Notes: generated by a model not told the origin, from the sequence alone. DNA of 64,000 nt from Candidatus Altimarinota bacterium (GCA_046314355.1 JBKBWQ010000001.1:384001-448000); one strand, 5' to 3'; positions 10,801-18,946 are shown, numbered from the stretch's first letter. Program-made: numbers and translations.

Positions 10801-12024
10801 TTTGAAAAGGAATTGCAACCTTATCTCAACGAAAATTTAACTATGAATGATCCAACAGAGTTTTTTGATACAGGTATTGCCCAAAGGTGGATTCTTAATA
10901 GAGTAATAGAACTTGGCTTTGATCCAAGTATACATAATGATTTCGACAATAGTATTAACTACGGAGCGGATCGTACTGATCATAAAGCAGAGCGGATAGG
11001 AAAAAAATATCAATGGATAGCATTTCATGAATTCATTGCATTAGTATCAGATCATTTCGCATTTAGAGGTGAACGGCTTACAAATAACTCTGAACATAAT
11101 TATGAAGGACCGTGGATACCTTATATACGTGACATAGATCCATCGTTTATCATAAAAGATGATACTAATTTAAAAAGATCTATAAATTTATCAGATTGGA
11201 AAAAAAAGTACTTGGATTATTCTGCTTGGCTAGAAGGTAAAACTTATAGCGACTGGCTCACGCAATGTGACGATATGCCAGATATAAAGCATGTAATTAA
11301 TTTATCTGATGATAATAACAATGAGTGGTTCACATTAGAAGGTAACTTTACGTGGGAAGAAGAGGTTCCTCCTGAGCATGAAAAATACACTATTGCAACT
11401 AGAGCTGCTTTTTATCTAGTAAAAAGCTATCTTGTAAAAAAAGAAGATTCCAAAAGATTCTATACCTGGGGAGAAGCACAAGATTTTATGGGAAACTGGA
11501 TGCCACAATCAAATAACTTTTATGAAGTTTTCTTAGGTGAATATCCTAATTCGTTAGCTTTTAATAACATCAGAGATGATTACAATGTCAATAGACCTGT
11601 TGGAGATGAAAATATTCCAGTCATAGTAACAGACGATATCTACTTAAATGAATTTACATTAGATTGTTCATATAACCATAGTATCTCAATACATTTGCCG
11701 TCAAAATGGTTAGTTGAGCAAATGTCATTAAAGCAACAATATACGGATGGAAGATTTTTTGATGAAAGCGGAGAATTAGTTGCTATGCCTTATAATATAT
11801 TTGATGCTGAACGCCCTTCCATGTTATTAATAAATAAAGATAAATTCTCTCGTTTTTTAGATAAAAAAGGTTATAGTATCTTTTGGATTTGCCAAGGTAA
11901 AAAACACATTATAGGTGGAGATAGAACAGCCAAAGAGGGTAGAGTAAAAATGAATGGTATCTTTACACTTAATGATAAAGGTAAAATCATAGGTAAGCTA
12001 GATAGAAAATTTCTTAAAGATTAA
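7861..12024 (+). CDS. STAND NTPase, AVAST/Avs2-like antiphage protein
   Basis: Walker A GSAGSGKT, Walker B IIIDALNE, NPLFLLLFC, RDKATKGL, DLYVLERL..VAYG, ERIGKKYQWIAFHE, RDIDPS; 1387 aa. Confidence 0.7.
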   Translation: MNNIILKIKLFYQKILYFFSKRMDYDSWSAQHLSSITSKAGERYSPRLNIGTSTSELFDDMSRSKIFYTNVRKKYGNLIREFRRIDANHESETLQEHYNNVASKFSTLLETIGAIKEYSTATIPWDSIAECSKKLVESLRAFTYILQEEEIKESNKVTDSKDNGTGYRYTLSERYKSDRQHCYRVMEMVNYFFKYSTSSAAELTNNPFLLLTGSAGSGKTHLLCDLIENRINGAIKLPTFLVFGELFSNSDNKDFWSQFIEQLNLENTTNNKEGFLHEINQLGKERNCRSLIIIDALNENILHSPLFWKNNITSILSDIKKYPNIGFVISIRGGFEEDVLTEDQKKEFTLFEHKGFLFKEWEAIYKFFSEFSLPLPELPLLVPEFQNPLFLLLFCKAFKKKKNKQNKQIFRGHEGATYIFENFVDSVSEKIADTFSIPNGSGKNIWDLVIEKVAESMVQENSDFILEDKLIEIIRNAFPHIEGMKLIIALENNMLLTKIPYNKTFRYRFPFQKFSDHLIGRFIFKKYEAKYGKQNKNITTAIEFFSKDTDLGTFLFKHVNIGIIQALSIQCPEHLKGIEFIEVLPYFDEDPYFLDIMKEAFVESIIWRNPKAFSKDLLNTLRIVNDHIITSTRTNDAFLNALLTISQVPTHPFNAQFLYKHLNDMDMPDRDAWWSSFLHREFENRSAVDRILGWVNTSQASSVVKEEALFLISVTLSWFLTSSNRYIRDKATKGLVIILNKNIAVLYKLLKRFEDTNDLYVLERLCAVAYGCALLNKEDSLNLKILGEYLYSTFFITKSPLPHILIRDYARGTIEAITANQIVLDIEVINTIPPYKSLWPKEIPTEEELKTKYYVNKDYSAIWSSLMYKYGGFPADFGNYVVSSSLGAWTNKSLESLEIAKEKLLEKFLADLNEHQKESWKKISPFYGLDLASLFKDLEIQSDKLSNKEELKENLHAEKDRREKAITNFKAALSSAQCLYFEKELQPYLNENLTMNDPTEFFDTGIAQRWILNRVIELGFDPSIHNDFDNSINYGADRTDHKAERIGKKYQWIAFHEFIALVSDHFAFRGERLTNNSEHNYEGPWIPYIRDIDPSFIIKDDTNLKRSINLSDWKKKYLDYSAWLEGKTYSDWLTQCDDMPDIKHVINLSDDNNNEWFTLEGNFTWEEEVPPEHEKYTIATRAAFYLVKSYLVKKEDSKRFYTWGEAQDFMGNWMPQSNNFYEVFLGEYPNSLAFNNIRDDYNVNRPVGDENIPVIVTDDIYLNEFTLDCSYNHSISIHLPSKWLVEQMSLKQQYTDGRFFDESGELVAMPYNIFDAERPSMLLINKDKFSRFLDKKGYSIFWICQGKKHIIGGDRTAKEGRVKMNGIFTLNDKGKIIGKLDRKFLKD

Positions 12025-12054
12025 AAAACATTAATATATTTTATAAATCATTAC

Positions 12055-12207
12055 ATGGCTCAAGAATCAACACCTCCTACAGGCTCTCTGCCTCAGATAA
12101 TCGCAGCATCACAAAACACAAGTAGTCAATTACCACCAAATGTAGTACTTGGCAATAACGGGGAAAGAATTACCTTAACAGGAGCTAGTCATGTACAGCC
12201 TAAGTAG
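12055..12207 (+). CDS. Small hypothetical protein, 50 aa
   Basis: Not in the track: MAQESTPPTGSLPQIIAASQNTSSQLPPNVVLGNNGERITLTGASHVQPK*, filling the gap between co-directional genes. Confidence 0.5.
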   Translation: MAQESTPPTGSLPQIIAASQNTSSQLPPNVVLGNNGERITLTGASHVQPK

Positions 12208-12253
12208 TACTTGAACTAACACTAATAGTAGATATGTATTTAATTACATATAT

Positions 12254-12667
12254 ATGGGGGATCAGAAAATTAAAGTGTATCAAAGAGTAAGATATCTTGT
12301 TTCACTTGGTATTAGTTCACCTACTATAATCTTAGAAGAGATTCCAGAAATAAAGCAGTGGAGAACGGCTAAGAAATACATTGATCAAGCAATAGAAGAA
12401 ATTACTTTACATGAGACTGATACAGCAATAGAACGTAGCCACATGATAGAGTCTTTAAAAGAACTTAGAAGTAATCTAGCTTTAAAGATAAGCAAAACTG
12501 CTCATTTGAATCAATACATAGGAGGAATCAAGCAATTACTTTCTATTAATGCTCAGTTAATAGAACTGAAAGGATTGAAGATTATGAAAGATGAAAAGAA
12601 GCAGTCGTGGGAAGAGTATATTAGAGATGCAGAAGTATCATTAGATCTTCTCCAAGCTTCAGCATAA
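12254..12667 (+). CDS. Hypothetical helical protein with possible N-terminal HTH
   Basis: 137-aa ORF followed by a terminator; no certain family. Confidence 0.6.
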   Translation: MGDQKIKVYQRVRYLVSLGISSPTIILEEIPEIKQWRTAKKYIDQAIEEITLHETDTAIERSHMIESLKELRSNLALKISKTAHLNQYIGGIKQLLSINAQLIELKGLKIMKDEKKQSWEEYIRDAEVSLDLLQASA

Positions 12668-12700
12668 AAAAGCCCTAGTAGAAATACTAGAGCTTTTTTT
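12666..12700. terminator. Bidirectional intrinsic terminator
   Basis: aaaaagccctagta-gaaa-tactagagcttttttt between convergent genes. Confidence 0.8.
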
Positions 12701-12714
12701 ATATGTTTAAACTC

Positions 12715-13551
12715 TTATTCAATAATTTGTATATTATCACCATCTAGGGTCATTGTAGCCACGATAGTATTCGTTACAATAGCTCCAAAAGCATTTGTGC
12801 CTCTAAATGCTGTAGTTACTCTCATCGTGCTTTCTGCCTCATTTACAGCATAGGTAGTCATCACATGCTCATAGCTTTTAGGATTATTCATACCTGCTTT
12901 AATAAGCTTTGTAAGTTCAATATGTGATCCATCCCATTTACTAAACTGTTTTTCAATTCTTTCAGTCTTTTGTTTAGCTTCGTCTTCTTTCTGTTTAATA
13001 GCCTCAGCTTCTTTCTTCTTTGCTTCCTCCTCTTTTTGAGCTGTGATGTATTCTTCACGCTTATTAATATTCACACTTAATTTTGCTATAAAAATCTTAT
13101 TTAAGTTAGCATTATCTACATACACTTTCTCAAGTTTACCTTCTTTCAAGAGAGTCACTTCATTGTCATTGAGCTGCATTAAAGAGTCTTTCAGGAATGC
13201 TTCAGACTGTACCTTCTTAATCTTCTCTTCTAGAGCAATGGCTGGATTGTCCTTTGAACTATATAGCTCCTTTGATTGATTAACTGATTCTAAGGCTTTA
13301 TCTATCTGTTGTTCGCTCAAATACGTCTCTGCTTGTACTGCTAGTTTCAGTGCATCTTCTTTATTTTTTGCTGCGTTATTTCCTATACTAATGAATACAA
13401 GAATACAAAGAACTGTTATTCCTATTTTTATCCACTTATTCCATGTTGTTTTGGTCCATACTAAGTAGGGAACCAAGACATAAAAAAATACAATCGTGAG
13501 TAGAATACCCCACCATTTAGAATACCAATTCTTCTTCACAGTTGCATCCAT
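12715..13551 (-). CDS. Membrane-anchored hypothetical protein (2 TM, TPR-like, conserved-looking C-terminal domain)
   Basis: Two N-terminal TM helices; coiled coil; IEKQFSKWDGSH..MNNPKSYEHV.T..FRGTNAFGAIV. Confidence 0.75.
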   Translation of the reverse strand: MDATVKKNWYSKWWGILLTIVFFYVLVPYLVWTKTTWNKWIKIGITVLCILVFISIGNNAAKNKEDALKLAVQAETYLSEQQIDKALESVNQSKELYSSKDNPAIALEEKIKKVQSEAFLKDSLMQLNDNEVTLLKEGKLEKVYVDNANLNKIFIAKLSVNINKREEYITAQKEEEAKKKEAEAIKQKEDEAKQKTERIEKQFSKWDGSHIELTKLIKAGMNNPKSYEHVMTTYAVNEAESTMRVTTAFRGTNAFGAIVTNTIVATMTLDGDNIQIIE

Positions 13552-13569
13552 AGAAAAAAGTTAACAAAC

Positions 13570-13710
13570 AAAAAAGGACGTACGTGGTTGACCCAATACG
13601 CCTGCCATACGGTAGCCTTATTGGCACGTACGCCCACCTCTGGCAATAAAGCAGGAATGAGCGTGCCACATGGCATGTTTAGGCAAATTGGGTCAACACT
13701 TGGAGTGTAG
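13570..13710 (-). ncRNA. Candidate structured cis-regulatory RNA upstream of the 12715-13551 gene
   Basis: GC-rich patch with nested inverted repeats and an alternative stem ending in a U6 tract; see findings. Confidence 0.45.
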
Positions 13711-13804
13711 CAGATATCCAATACATCGCAATCTTAAGATAAAAAACACTACTAACAAAAAAGTCTTCTGCTAAAATCTACTTATCAATTTCTGTATCTA
13801 TACA

Positions 13805-15466
13805 ATGACAATACAAAGCCCTGAGGAGCTTCTCGAACTCTTTCTTGAGGAACAATCCACGAATTCGGATTATATAGCTCCTGAGAGCTATAAATACGTT
13901 ATTTACGTGCGTAAATCACAGGAAAGCCAAGAAAGGCAAGTACGTTCATTAGGTGATCAAGTTGCGGAGTGCAACGCACTTGCAAAAGGTAAATTTAAGA
14001 TAGTAGATATTATTCAAGAATCTGAGTCAGCAAAGGAACCCGGTATCCGTCCTAAGTTCAACAAAATGCTCGAAGACTTCAGGAAAGGAAAGTATGATGG
14101 GATAATAGCTTGGCATCCCGATCGATTAGCTCGAAACATGAAAGAGGGCGGAGAAATCATTGATATGATTGATAAAGGAATTATTAAAGATTTGAAATTT
14201 GTTAGTTATACATTTACCAATGATACATCTGGAAAAATGCTACTAGGTATGGCATTTGTTTTCTCAAAGCAGTATTCAGATAAACTAAGTGATGATGTCA
14301 CAAGAGGTAATCTAAGAAGTCTAGGAGATGGTAAGTTCTTAAATAAAGGTAAACATGGTTATGTTAAAGATAGAAATTTATTACTCAGAGCAGATGGAGA
14401 AAGCTTTATGCTTTTAAAGAAGGCATGGGATATGCGCCTTGATAGTAAGAACCTAGAACAAATTGCTCAGTTTTTAAATGATAATAACTACACAGTTAAG
14501 TACTCTGATAAACATGAGCGTAAAATATTTACAGTTGATAAAAAGTTTTTATCAAACTTTTTTAAAGATCCTTTGTACTGTGGAGTTCTTCATTATGGAG
14601 ATGAATTCGTAAACTTAAATGAGAAATATGATTTTGTACCTATGGTCAGCGCAGAAACATACTGCAAAGTAAATAAGATTAGTACACGTACTTTCAATGC
14701 CAGAAGAACAGAGAAACAATCTATACGAGCTAACTTACTTAGAGGGCAAGTATTCTGTGGGTATTGTGAAGAACCTTTTGTATCAGGCCTTACAAAGAAG
14801 AAAAATGCTGATTCTATCACTGAGTACTATTACTACAGATGTGATAACGACTCTTGTAGTCAGTTAAATAAATCTGTTAGAGCTCACGTAGTAACAAATT
14901 TTGTATATGACTTCCTAGATACTCATTCAATTGCAACTGAGGAAATATATAAGATTTATAAAGAGCAATCATCCATCCTCATTAAAGATAAGATTGCAGA
15001 ACAGGACAGTAGAGCAAAGTCCTTAAATACGAAACTGAATAGTAATGAAGAATCAATTAAAAACACAAAGAGCCTTCTAACTACTATGATAAATAAAGCA
15101 GACTCAGGCGATCATATTATAATACAGGACCTTGAAGATGACTTGAAAAAGCAATTAGCTCTAAAGCATCAGTTGAAACAAGAGATAGATGACGTTCACG
15201 AAGTAAAAAAACAAATCAAGACCGTTATTTTAGATTTAGCGAAATATCTTGAACTTTCTGCGGAATTGCCCTCTAGGATTCGAAAAATAGAGACTATGGA
15301 GAGCCTTGATAAGATCATTGGAAATATCTTCTTGAACTTTTATATTAAGGACAAGAAAGTGACTTCCTATCAGCTAAAAGAGCCTTTTGCATCTTTATTT
15401 AAGGCTTCAATTTCTAAGAAATCGTCTATGGTGGGCCCAGTTGGACTTGAACCAACGACCAATTGA
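13805..15466 (+). CDS. Large serine recombinase (integrase)
   Basis: YVRKS catalytic Ser, ESAKEPG.RP.F, DRLARN, recombinase domain, CGYC..YYRC..C zinc ribbon, coiled coil; the last 12 codons overlap the tRNA antisense. Confidence 0.93.
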   Translation: MTIQSPEELLELFLEEQSTNSDYIAPESYKYVIYVRKSQESQERQVRSLGDQVAECNALAKGKFKIVDIIQESESAKEPGIRPKFNKMLEDFRKGKYDGIIAWHPDRLARNMKEGGEIIDMIDKGIIKDLKFVSYTFTNDTSGKMLLGMAFVFSKQYSDKLSDDVTRGNLRSLGDGKFLNKGKHGYVKDRNLLLRADGESFMLLKKAWDMRLDSKNLEQIAQFLNDNNYTVKYSDKHERKIFTVDKKFLSNFFKDPLYCGVLHYGDEFVNLNEKYDFVPMVSAETYCKVNKISTRTFNARRTEKQSIRANLLRGQVFCGYCEEPFVSGLTKKKNADSITEYYYYRCDNDSCSQLNKSVRAHVVTNFVYDFLDTHSIATEEIYKIYKEQSSILIKDKIAEQDSRAKSLNTKLNSNEESIKNTKSLLTTMINKADSGDHIIIQDLEDDLKKQLALKHQLKQEIDDVHEVKKQIKTVILDLAKYLELSAELPSRIRKIETMESLDKIIGNIFLNFYIKDKKVTSYQLKEPFASLFKASISKKSSMVGPVGLEPTTN

Positions 15467-15505
15467 TTATGAGTCAACTGCTCTAACCAACTGAGCTATG
15501 GGCCC
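15429..15505 (-). tRNA. tRNA-Ile2 (CAT anticodon, lysidine type)
   Basis: GGGCCCATAGCTCAGTTGGTTAGAGCAGTTGACTCATAATCAATTGGTCGTTGGTTCAAGTCCAACTGGGCCCACCA; cloverleaf, encoded CCA, closely resembles ileX-type tRNAs. Confidence 0.9.
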
Positions 15506-15560
15506 GTGAAAACACGTAGGTAATGTAGCAGTGGGGGAGAGAAAAATCAAGGAATTTAGG

Positions 15561-15594
15561 AAAAAGCATTACATCTATAGATATAATGCTTTTT
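15561..15594. terminator. Intrinsic terminator downstream of the 63-aa ORF
   Basis: aaaaagcatta...taatgcttttt hairpin. Confidence 0.6.
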
Positions 15595-15600
15595 AGAAGA

Positions 15601-15792
15601 TTATTTTTTTAGAAACAAAGGACCCGTGTGTCTTACTACAGGAGGTTTAAGATCTTTCTGGGACTTTATAATAAATCCCTCAGTTATGGTAGTGGTTTCA
15701 GGATTCTTTTCTTTGAGAATTCCTTTTTTAGTTCTATCAAATACTTGTGATGCATCCTGTCCTGGAACAATATAGCTTTTTCTTTTTGCCAT
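15601..15792 (-). CDS. Small basic hypothetical protein
   Basis: 63 aa, upstream AAAGGA SD-like sequence, followed by a terminator. Confidence 0.55.
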   Translation of the reverse strand: MAKRKSYIVPGQDASQVFDRTKKGILKEKNPETTTITEGFIIKSQKDLKPPVVRHTGPLFLKK

Positions 15793-16115
15793 GTTCTATC
15801 CTTTCTAGATCGACATAGGGTAACTTTACCCTCTAATTATAATAATCTGCCTCTTTTGAAAAACATATCCTCCCTAGCGTCGTTGGTAAGGAGATATGTA
15901 CATCAAAAAGATGACTCGTGGAGTATAATGACTTCTTTTTTTCGGTCAATGGAAAACAATTATTTTTTATTGCAAATACCTAGGATAGTACCTACAGTAC
16001 GATTTTTTCACTAAGTTCATCTAACAGTAGGAAGGGGCTTTAGGTAACGCAATTGCTTGCTCTTAAAAGTAAGAGGGGTATAGTAAAATTTGATTTATAC
16101 CATAACACTTACCCT

Positions 16116-16463
16116 ATGAGATTTCTCGTACATCTTATCGTCAGTGCACTTGCAATCTTTTTGACTGCTTATCTCTTCCCAAATAGTGTAGTAGTCACAG
16201 GATTCGGTACTGCGATTATAGTAGCTATCATACTTGCTGTGCTGAACGCAGTAGTACGACCTATCCTTCTGCTTCTCTCTCTCCCATTGAATGTTCTTAC
16301 CCTTGGACTTTTCACCTTCGTTATCAATGCGATCATTATCCTGCTCGCAAGTGGACTCTCTCTTGGATTCCATGTGGATAACTTCATTACAGCGCTGCTC
16401 TTTAGTATCGTGCTCTCTGTAATCAATGCATTGCTCCTTGGACTTCTCGGAGTAGAAGAGTAA
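16116..16463 (+). CDS. YvlD/DUF360 (phage holin 4 family) membrane protein
   Basis: LNAVVRPILLLLSLPLNVLTLGLFTFVINA motif; start set to ATG 16116. Confidence 0.88.
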   Translation: MRFLVHLIVSALAIFLTAYLFPNSVVVTGFGTAIIVAIILAVLNAVVRPILLLLSLPLNVLTLGLFTFVINAIIILLASGLSLGFHVDNFITALLFSIVLSVINALLLGLLGVEE

Positions 16464-16474
16464 ACCAAATTCAT

Positions 16475-16513
16475 AAAAAACACCAACTGCGTTCGACGCG
16501 GCGGGTGTTTTTT
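16475..16513 (+). terminator. Intrinsic terminator
   Basis: aaaaaacacc...ggtgtttttt hairpin. Confidence 0.65.
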
Positions 16514-16556
16514 ATAAAACCATGCTTTCGCGCATTATTCATATTTATACTGCTAT

Positions 16557-17012
16557 ATGGACAAGACTTCTTTTTCTAGACTCGTACAAGCATTTAGACC
16601 GCATGCAGGGGAAGAGAGCATTGCACACTTTGACAAGCATTTCATTACAATTGTCATTGAGTTGAAAAAGCTAGGATGTGAGAAAACCTTTCTGACTATA
16701 AAGCAGCGTATCGATACTATATGTGCTCCTGGGAAACAGTGTTCTATGGACAGGATGGATAAAGAATTTAAAGATATGGCTCTCCTCAATAATCAGATTC
16801 ACAGCGAAATTCAGAAGATATTAAAGCAGTATGTTCAAGCCTCACGGCTGAATAAAGTACACAAAAAAGATTCAGAGAAATCTCCGGCTGAAAAAATGCA
16901 AGTTCCATCAGTTGCAGTGACTGCGAAGCTTATGGTACAATTACATGAAGCTTATCAATTCATTCTTTCTCTTCCATGCGCGCTCAAGAACTCAAAAGAA
17001 AAATCAAAATAG
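16557..17012 (+). CDS. Hypothetical protein
   Basis: 151-aa ORF overlapping the next gene. Confidence 0.55.
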   Translation: MDKTSFSRLVQAFRPHAGEESIAHFDKHFITIVIELKKLGCEKTFLTIKQRIDTICAPGKQCSMDRMDKEFKDMALLNNQIHSEIQKILKQYVQASRLNKVHKKDSEKSPAEKMQVPSVAVTAKLMVQLHEAYQFILSLPCALKNSKEKSK

Positions 17013-17599
17013 GTGTAATGGGATCTGCTTCAGGTCCTACTCTCGATAAGGCAGGAAATGATGAAAAGTGCAGGGAAGTGGGAAGAGAGATCGCTCGTCA
17101 TGGCTGTATCTTGATCAATGGTGCATGTCCTGGACTGCCGCATTATGCAGCTCAAGGAGCCAAAGAAGAAGGTGGATTTGTGATGGGTGTATCTCCAGCT
17201 TTTTCCGAGGAGGAGCATGTGAAGGAATATCGGTCTCCAAATGACAGCTATGATATCGTACTGTTTAGCGGATTAGGATTCATGGAGCGTGATATCATGA
17301 ACATACGTTCTTCAGATGGGCTCGTCTTCTTAGGGGGTGGTATTGGTACTATCAATGAGCTTACAGTTGCGTATGAGGAAGGAAAGCCTTTGGCTATCCT
17401 TACCAACACTGGTGGAATGTCAGATCATTTTCTAGATATGATCGTAAAGTCTGATAGAACGATCACTCCAAATATCGTCACTGATGATGATCCAAAGAAA
17501 CTGATACAAAAACTGCTGGTAGCCATAGAAAAATATCCTATACCAATACATGAAGACGGCAGAGTACGAGATGTGAAGTTCGGAAGTTTGAGAGGATAG
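16976..17599 (+). CDS. LOG/SLOG family protein (TIGR00725-like)
   Basis: KIGVMGSA, LINGACPGLP, GVSP, RDIMNIRSSD, GGGIGTINEL..AY. Confidence 0.88.
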   Translation: MRAQELKRKIKIGVMGSASGPTLDKAGNDEKCREVGREIARHGCILINGACPGLPHYAAQGAKEEGGFVMGVSPAFSEEEHVKEYRSPNDSYDIVLFSGLGFMERDIMNIRSSDGLVFLGGGIGTINELTVAYEEGKPLAILTNTGGMSDHFLDMIVKSDRTITPNIVTDDDPKKLIQKLLVAIEKYPIPIHEDGRVRDVKFGSLRG

Positions 17600-17608
17600 A
17601 AAGTATGA

Positions 17609-17638
17609 AAAAAGGATCTTCACATGAAGATCCTTTTT
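17609..17638. terminator. Bidirectional terminator
   Basis: aaaaggatcttca-ca-tgaagatcctttt between convergent genes. Confidence 0.75.
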
Positions 17639-17650
17639 AGTATCAATAGT

Positions 17651-18946
17651 TTATTGAGGGTATGTCGCCTGTAGAATGATATCTGCCATTTCTCCGCGCG
17701 TTACAATATGTGCAGGATCATCAGGGATAGTAATGAGAAATCTTTTTTCCCGCGCAGCTCTCATGTATTCTTCGTACCATGGTTCTCCTGTTATAGCTTC
17801 CGTCTTAATTGCATATTGTTTCATCACAATTTTTAGTGCTTCAGCGAGATTAATATTATTTGCAGGTCTGAAAGTGCCATCGGGGTTTCCTGAAATAATA
17901 CCTTTGCTCTTTGCTAAACAAACATACGATGTATACCACTCACTTTTTGTAAAATCACTAAAACATTTAGCAGCCGAATCCGTCTGCCAATTTGATAGAT
18001 TCTCTTTCACATTTGCGGCCACAAGAATCTTTGTAAATTCTGCACGATTGATAGGGGAGTCAGGTCTGAAGCTGCCGTCTGCATATCCTTCTACGATACC
18101 TTCACTCTTTATATACAAAATACCAGAATCATGAATATGATTGGATGGCACATCATTAAAATCCAGGCTACGTTTACGGCTTACAGCATTCTTTAATCCA
18201 TCCACATAGCCAATTACAGATACATTCTGCAAAAGTCTAGTGTCCACGTATTCTTCAAAGATTTTCTGATCAGCAGGAAGATCTGCATTTAGCCCTTTTT
18301 CAACAAGAAACTTTCTCCATTCAGACGTACTGTTATACATCCCGAGATCAGAGTATTCAATCACATAATTGAGAAATGCCATCGTACCTTTTTCTTCATC
18401 TTTTGTAATGATCCCATAATTTACTGTACCCGCCGTTCTTCCATCGTCATAAGAAATATAGAAGTATCCAATACCGATTTTGCTATCCCCCTGCATAATA
18501 AATTCCGGATTCACAATCCAGCTAGTATTACGAATCCCAGGTTTCATCAGAGCAACCTGGTCTATCAATACCTCATCAAAGGAAAGTGTACCTGAAATAT
18601 AATCATCATAAGCAGACAATATTGGGTGTATATGTAGCCCCATGGTAGCCGCACTGCGTAACTCTGTAGGTGAATTAATAGCATACCAGTCTATGGAAAA
18701 AGAGCGCGTATTTCTTTTCCCTGTATCAAAGAAAGATGTCTCACCATGTAATACAGCACAGGCATTTGTGAAATAAGATGTATCGCTACCATATATACAA
18801 GGTACTTTTTCCTGATTGTAGAAAGACATATCAAAAAATAGTTCTGTTCCTCGAAAGAAATCACTTGTGACATTTGTGGCAGAAGCCTGGAGTACAGATC
18901 CTGAGAATCCAATAAACAATGCTGCCAGCAATAGTATTTTTTTCAT
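17651..18946 (-). CDS. Secreted protein with C-terminal SLH domains
   Basis: Signal peptide; GIVEGYADGSFRPDSPINRAEF, GNPDGTFRPANNINLAEALK, VTRGEMA. Confidence 0.85.
   Translation of the reverse strand: MKKILLLAALFIGFSGSVLQASATNVTSDFFRGTELFFDMSFYNQEKVPCIYGSDTSYFTNACAVLHGETSFFDTGKRNTRSFSIDWYAINSPTELRSAATMGLHIHPILSAYDDYISGTLSFDEVLIDQVALMKPGIRNTSWIVNPEFIMQGDSKIGIGYFYISYDDGRTAGTVNYGIITKDEEKGTMAFLNYVIEYSDLGMYNSTSEWRKFLVEKGLNADLPADQKIFEEYVDTRLLQNVSVIGYVDGLKNAVSRKRSLDFNDVPSNHIHDSGILYIKSEGIVEGYADGSFRPDSPINRAEFTKILVAANVKENLSNWQTDSAAKCFSDFTKSEWYTSYVCLAKSKGIISGNPDGTFRPANNINLAEALKIVMKQYAIKTEAITGEPWYEEYMRAAREKRFLITIPDDPAHIVTRGEMADIILQATYPQ

Larger units (their letters stand above)
5613..15434. mobile_element. 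Serine-recombinase integrative element (defence island) inserted at the 3' end of tRNA-Ile2
   Basis: Direct repeat TATGGTGG at 5613-5620 and 15427-15434, the latter overlapping the tRNA CCA end. Each copy is followed by ACTTGAAC. The recombinase is at the tRNA-proximal end and the cargo is visibly AT-richer. Confidence 0.75.

Noticed and set aside
13536-13721. 61-aa minus-strand ORF
   Set aside because: It coincides with the GC-rich inverted-repeat structure, which explains the lack of stops; no protein features.
15429-15505. Calling this tRNA elongator Met
   Set aside because: The acceptor stem and anticodon arm resemble ileX-type tRNA-Ile2 more than Met; some uncertainty remains.
16116-16463. 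Holin as evidence of a prophage
   Set aside because: YvlD/DUF360 proteins are common chromosomal membrane proteins, and no capsid, portal, large terminase or lysin genes are present.
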